A stretch of 64,000 nucleotides of DNA from Mytilus edulis. Lineage: Eukaryota. The notes beneath the pieces were generated by a model. That model ran no database searches. It had not been told where the DNA came from and worked only from the letters and a program-made list of their open reading frames with translations. The DNA lies in contig NC_092347.1 of NCBI RefSeq assembly GCF_963676685.1, forward strand, positions 84,816,001 through 84,880,000, read 5' to 3'. The translations under genes were made by a program, and so were the position numbers. The first letter of the stretch is position 1; every line of letters starts with the position of its first letter. This document shows positions 61,715 to 64,000 of this stretch, one piece after another.

Positions 61715-62123
61715 ATGATGGAAACAGGTGACCTTGAGAGTGGCAAAGGTTTTGAAAATGAGAATGGGATTAACACTAGTACTATAGGGCAGAATGGAAT
61801 GTCATCTGCTGACAATAATGTTCCTCATCCAGAAACTCAGGGTGCAGCATACATAAATCATGCTTATATCAGTACTGATAGTATAGACCTCTGTGGTAAC
61901 GAGGATGTGCCACAGATGAGAGAAACAAAAAGTTCTGCTGCTGCTGAAAAACGGAAAACAGAGTATTTTCATTTTAAAGACTATAAAGATAGTTCTGAAA
62001 ATTTACAAGAATTGGCTCAAAAGACGAGCAGTGACTGTAGCAAAAGTAGTGACAGGTTACCTAATACATATATAGATTATTCATCCAAAGAATGTGATAA
62101 CATGCCACATCAAATAAAATTTG
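61715..62123 (+). CDS. Probable first coding exon (136 aa, hydrophilic N-terminus) of unidentified gene or isoform
   Basis: AAAATGATGG start, long open frame with protein-like composition, donor TTG|gtaggt phase 1; the ORF tail after 62123 reads like intron. Confidence 0.65.
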
Positions 62124-63189
62124 GTAGGTACAATGAAGGCTGTTTTCTTTTTTTCTTTTCAGAAACTCAGGTTCAATACTTACTTCATTATTATTGTTTA
62201 AGAAGTGTTTCTAAATGTGATTTAAATTCGTTAATTTGCAAAGTGTTTGTGGATGACACATGAGGATTAAAACTTTTACTATTTACAAAAGTTTGTCATG
62301 CGAGAATAGTATTTTGTTAATATATACCGAATAAAAAAAGTTTAGCAACAATGCTTTTAATTTCTTATTTTAAAAATAAACTGTCTCCTAAACATAACAA
62401 TTAATACAATATTACAAGAAAGAAAAATAATTCAAAAAATAATCTTTGAATCATTGCGTACCCGGTAATATATAGTATGCATGTAAAAGTTGTTGTGTCT
62501 CATTTTTAAATAGCTTAACCTTTATACAGAAATGTAAATGTCATAGCCATGCTTTAAGATTTAAGATTAATGCAAATTATTTTAAGAATTTAAACAAATG
62601 ATTAATGAATATATTTAGTCTCTGCTTTAATTATTTAAGAAAATTATACTGAATATTGAAAGTGCCAAAGTTGAGAAAATTGTGTACAATTTGAAGGTGC
62701 ATAACACTCTTTTATCGTCCAGGGTAAACTGTTTTTGCATGGGCACAGGACGTTTGCGCTTTTTTACCTGTAAAACGATAGGACATTTGCGCTTCAAATA
62801 CTATGGACATTTGTGCTTCAAATACTATGGACATTTGCACTTTAAATTTTGAATCACCTGTATTCAATTGACCTGACATTTGCGCTTTTTACCTATCATT
62901 GTGCATCTGTAATTATAAGGAGAAATAATACAACGTAGATGAATTTAACTTATATTTTTTCATGATTATGACAAATGGTGCAGAATCCTTCCATGCCCAC
63001 TTAAATGAACAGTTCTACTCACTCATTCTGCAAATATTTTTTTTCTTTTTGAAGAGTATCATTTGACAACAGTCGGTTATTTACATTATGATTTGTTATA
63101 TTGATGAGCAGGCACCCCAACTATTGAGAAACATGATGATTTATTTGAAATATGGGAGAAATACCAGTCAGAACAGATAACAAGAGCTA

Positions 63190-64000
63190 TTTTTTTAGCT
63201 CACCTGGCCCGAAGGGCCAAGTGAGCTTTTCTCATCACTTGGCGTCCGTCGTCCGTCGTCCGTCGTCCGTCGTCGTCCGTCGTCGTCGTCCGTCGTCGTT
63301 AACTTTTACAAAAATCTTCTCCTCTGAAACTACTGGGCCAAATCAAACCAAACTTGGCCACAATCATCATTGGGGTATCTAGTTTAAAAAATGTATGGCG
63401 TGACCCGGTCAACCAACCAAGATGGCCGCCACGGCTAAAAATAGAACATAGGGGTAAAATGCAGTTTTTGGCTTATAACTCAAAAACCAAAGCATTTAGA
63501 GCAAATCTGACATGGGGTAAAAATGTTTATCAGGTCAAGATCTATCTGCCCTGAAATTTTCAGATGAATCGGTCAATCGGTTGTTGGGTTGCTGCCCCTG
63601 AATTGGTAATTTTGAGGAAATTTTGCTGTTTTTGGTTATTATCTTGAATATTATTATAGATAGAGATAAACTGTAAACAGCAATAATGTTCAGCAAAGTA
63701 AGATCTACAAATAAGTCAACATGACCAAAATGGTCAGTTGACCCGTTTAGGAGTTATTGCCCTTTATAGTCAATTTTTAACCATTTTTCGTTAATTAAAG
63801 TAATCTTTTACAAAAATCTTCTCCTCTGAAACTACTGGGCCAAATTAATCCAAACTTGGCCACAATCATCTTTGGGGTATCTAGTTTAAAAAATGTGTGG
63901 CGTGACCTGGTCAACCAACCAAGATGGCCGCCACGGCTAAAAATAGAACAAAGGGGTAAAATGCAGTTTTTGGCTTATAACTCAAAAACCAAAGCATTTT
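63190..64000 (+). mobile_element. HINE with ~502-bp internal tandem unit, runs off window end
   Basis: TTTTTAGCTCAC...GTGAGCT 5' hairpin, (CGTC/CGT)n microsatellite, unit start CTTTTACAAAAATCTTCTCC at 63303 and 63805. Confidence 0.85.

Overview
AT-rich eukaryotic genomic DNA with spliceosomal introns. The repeat repertoire suggests a bivalve mollusc, probably Mytilus-like (inference). There is one complete, well-supported host gene: an 8-exon nuclear uracil-DNA glycosylase (UNG, + strand, CDS 4831-15815, 335 aa, with PIP box, RPA-binding motif and GQDPYH/HPSPLS motifs). A second, unidentified + strand gene probably has 5' exons at about 38035, 51252 and 61715. The rest is a dense mobilome. 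It includes a young but internally deleted Gmr1-type Gypsy LTR element (28078-32415), an L2/CR1-type RT ORF and two decayed LINEs, Penelope-like fragments, a tandem ~355-nt hammerhead retrozyme plus two other hammerhead-like motifs, Helentron-type HINEs carrying satellite arrays, many MITEs (Transib/RAG-like, Mutator-like, Harbinger-like, hAT-like) and several minisatellites. Most unusual: (1) the UNG exon-7 splice acceptor is tandemly amplified 7x, giving six stop-codon decoy acceptors; (2) the UNG 3'UTR repeat multiplies Pumilio sites; (3) tiny CA..TG palindromes with 7-bp TSDs look like P-element excision footprints; (4) the LTR element's tRNA-Leu PBS lies ~880 bp inside the element within a hairpin; (5) the retrozyme array is interrupted by a Penelope-like RT fragment. 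All analysis was by eye.
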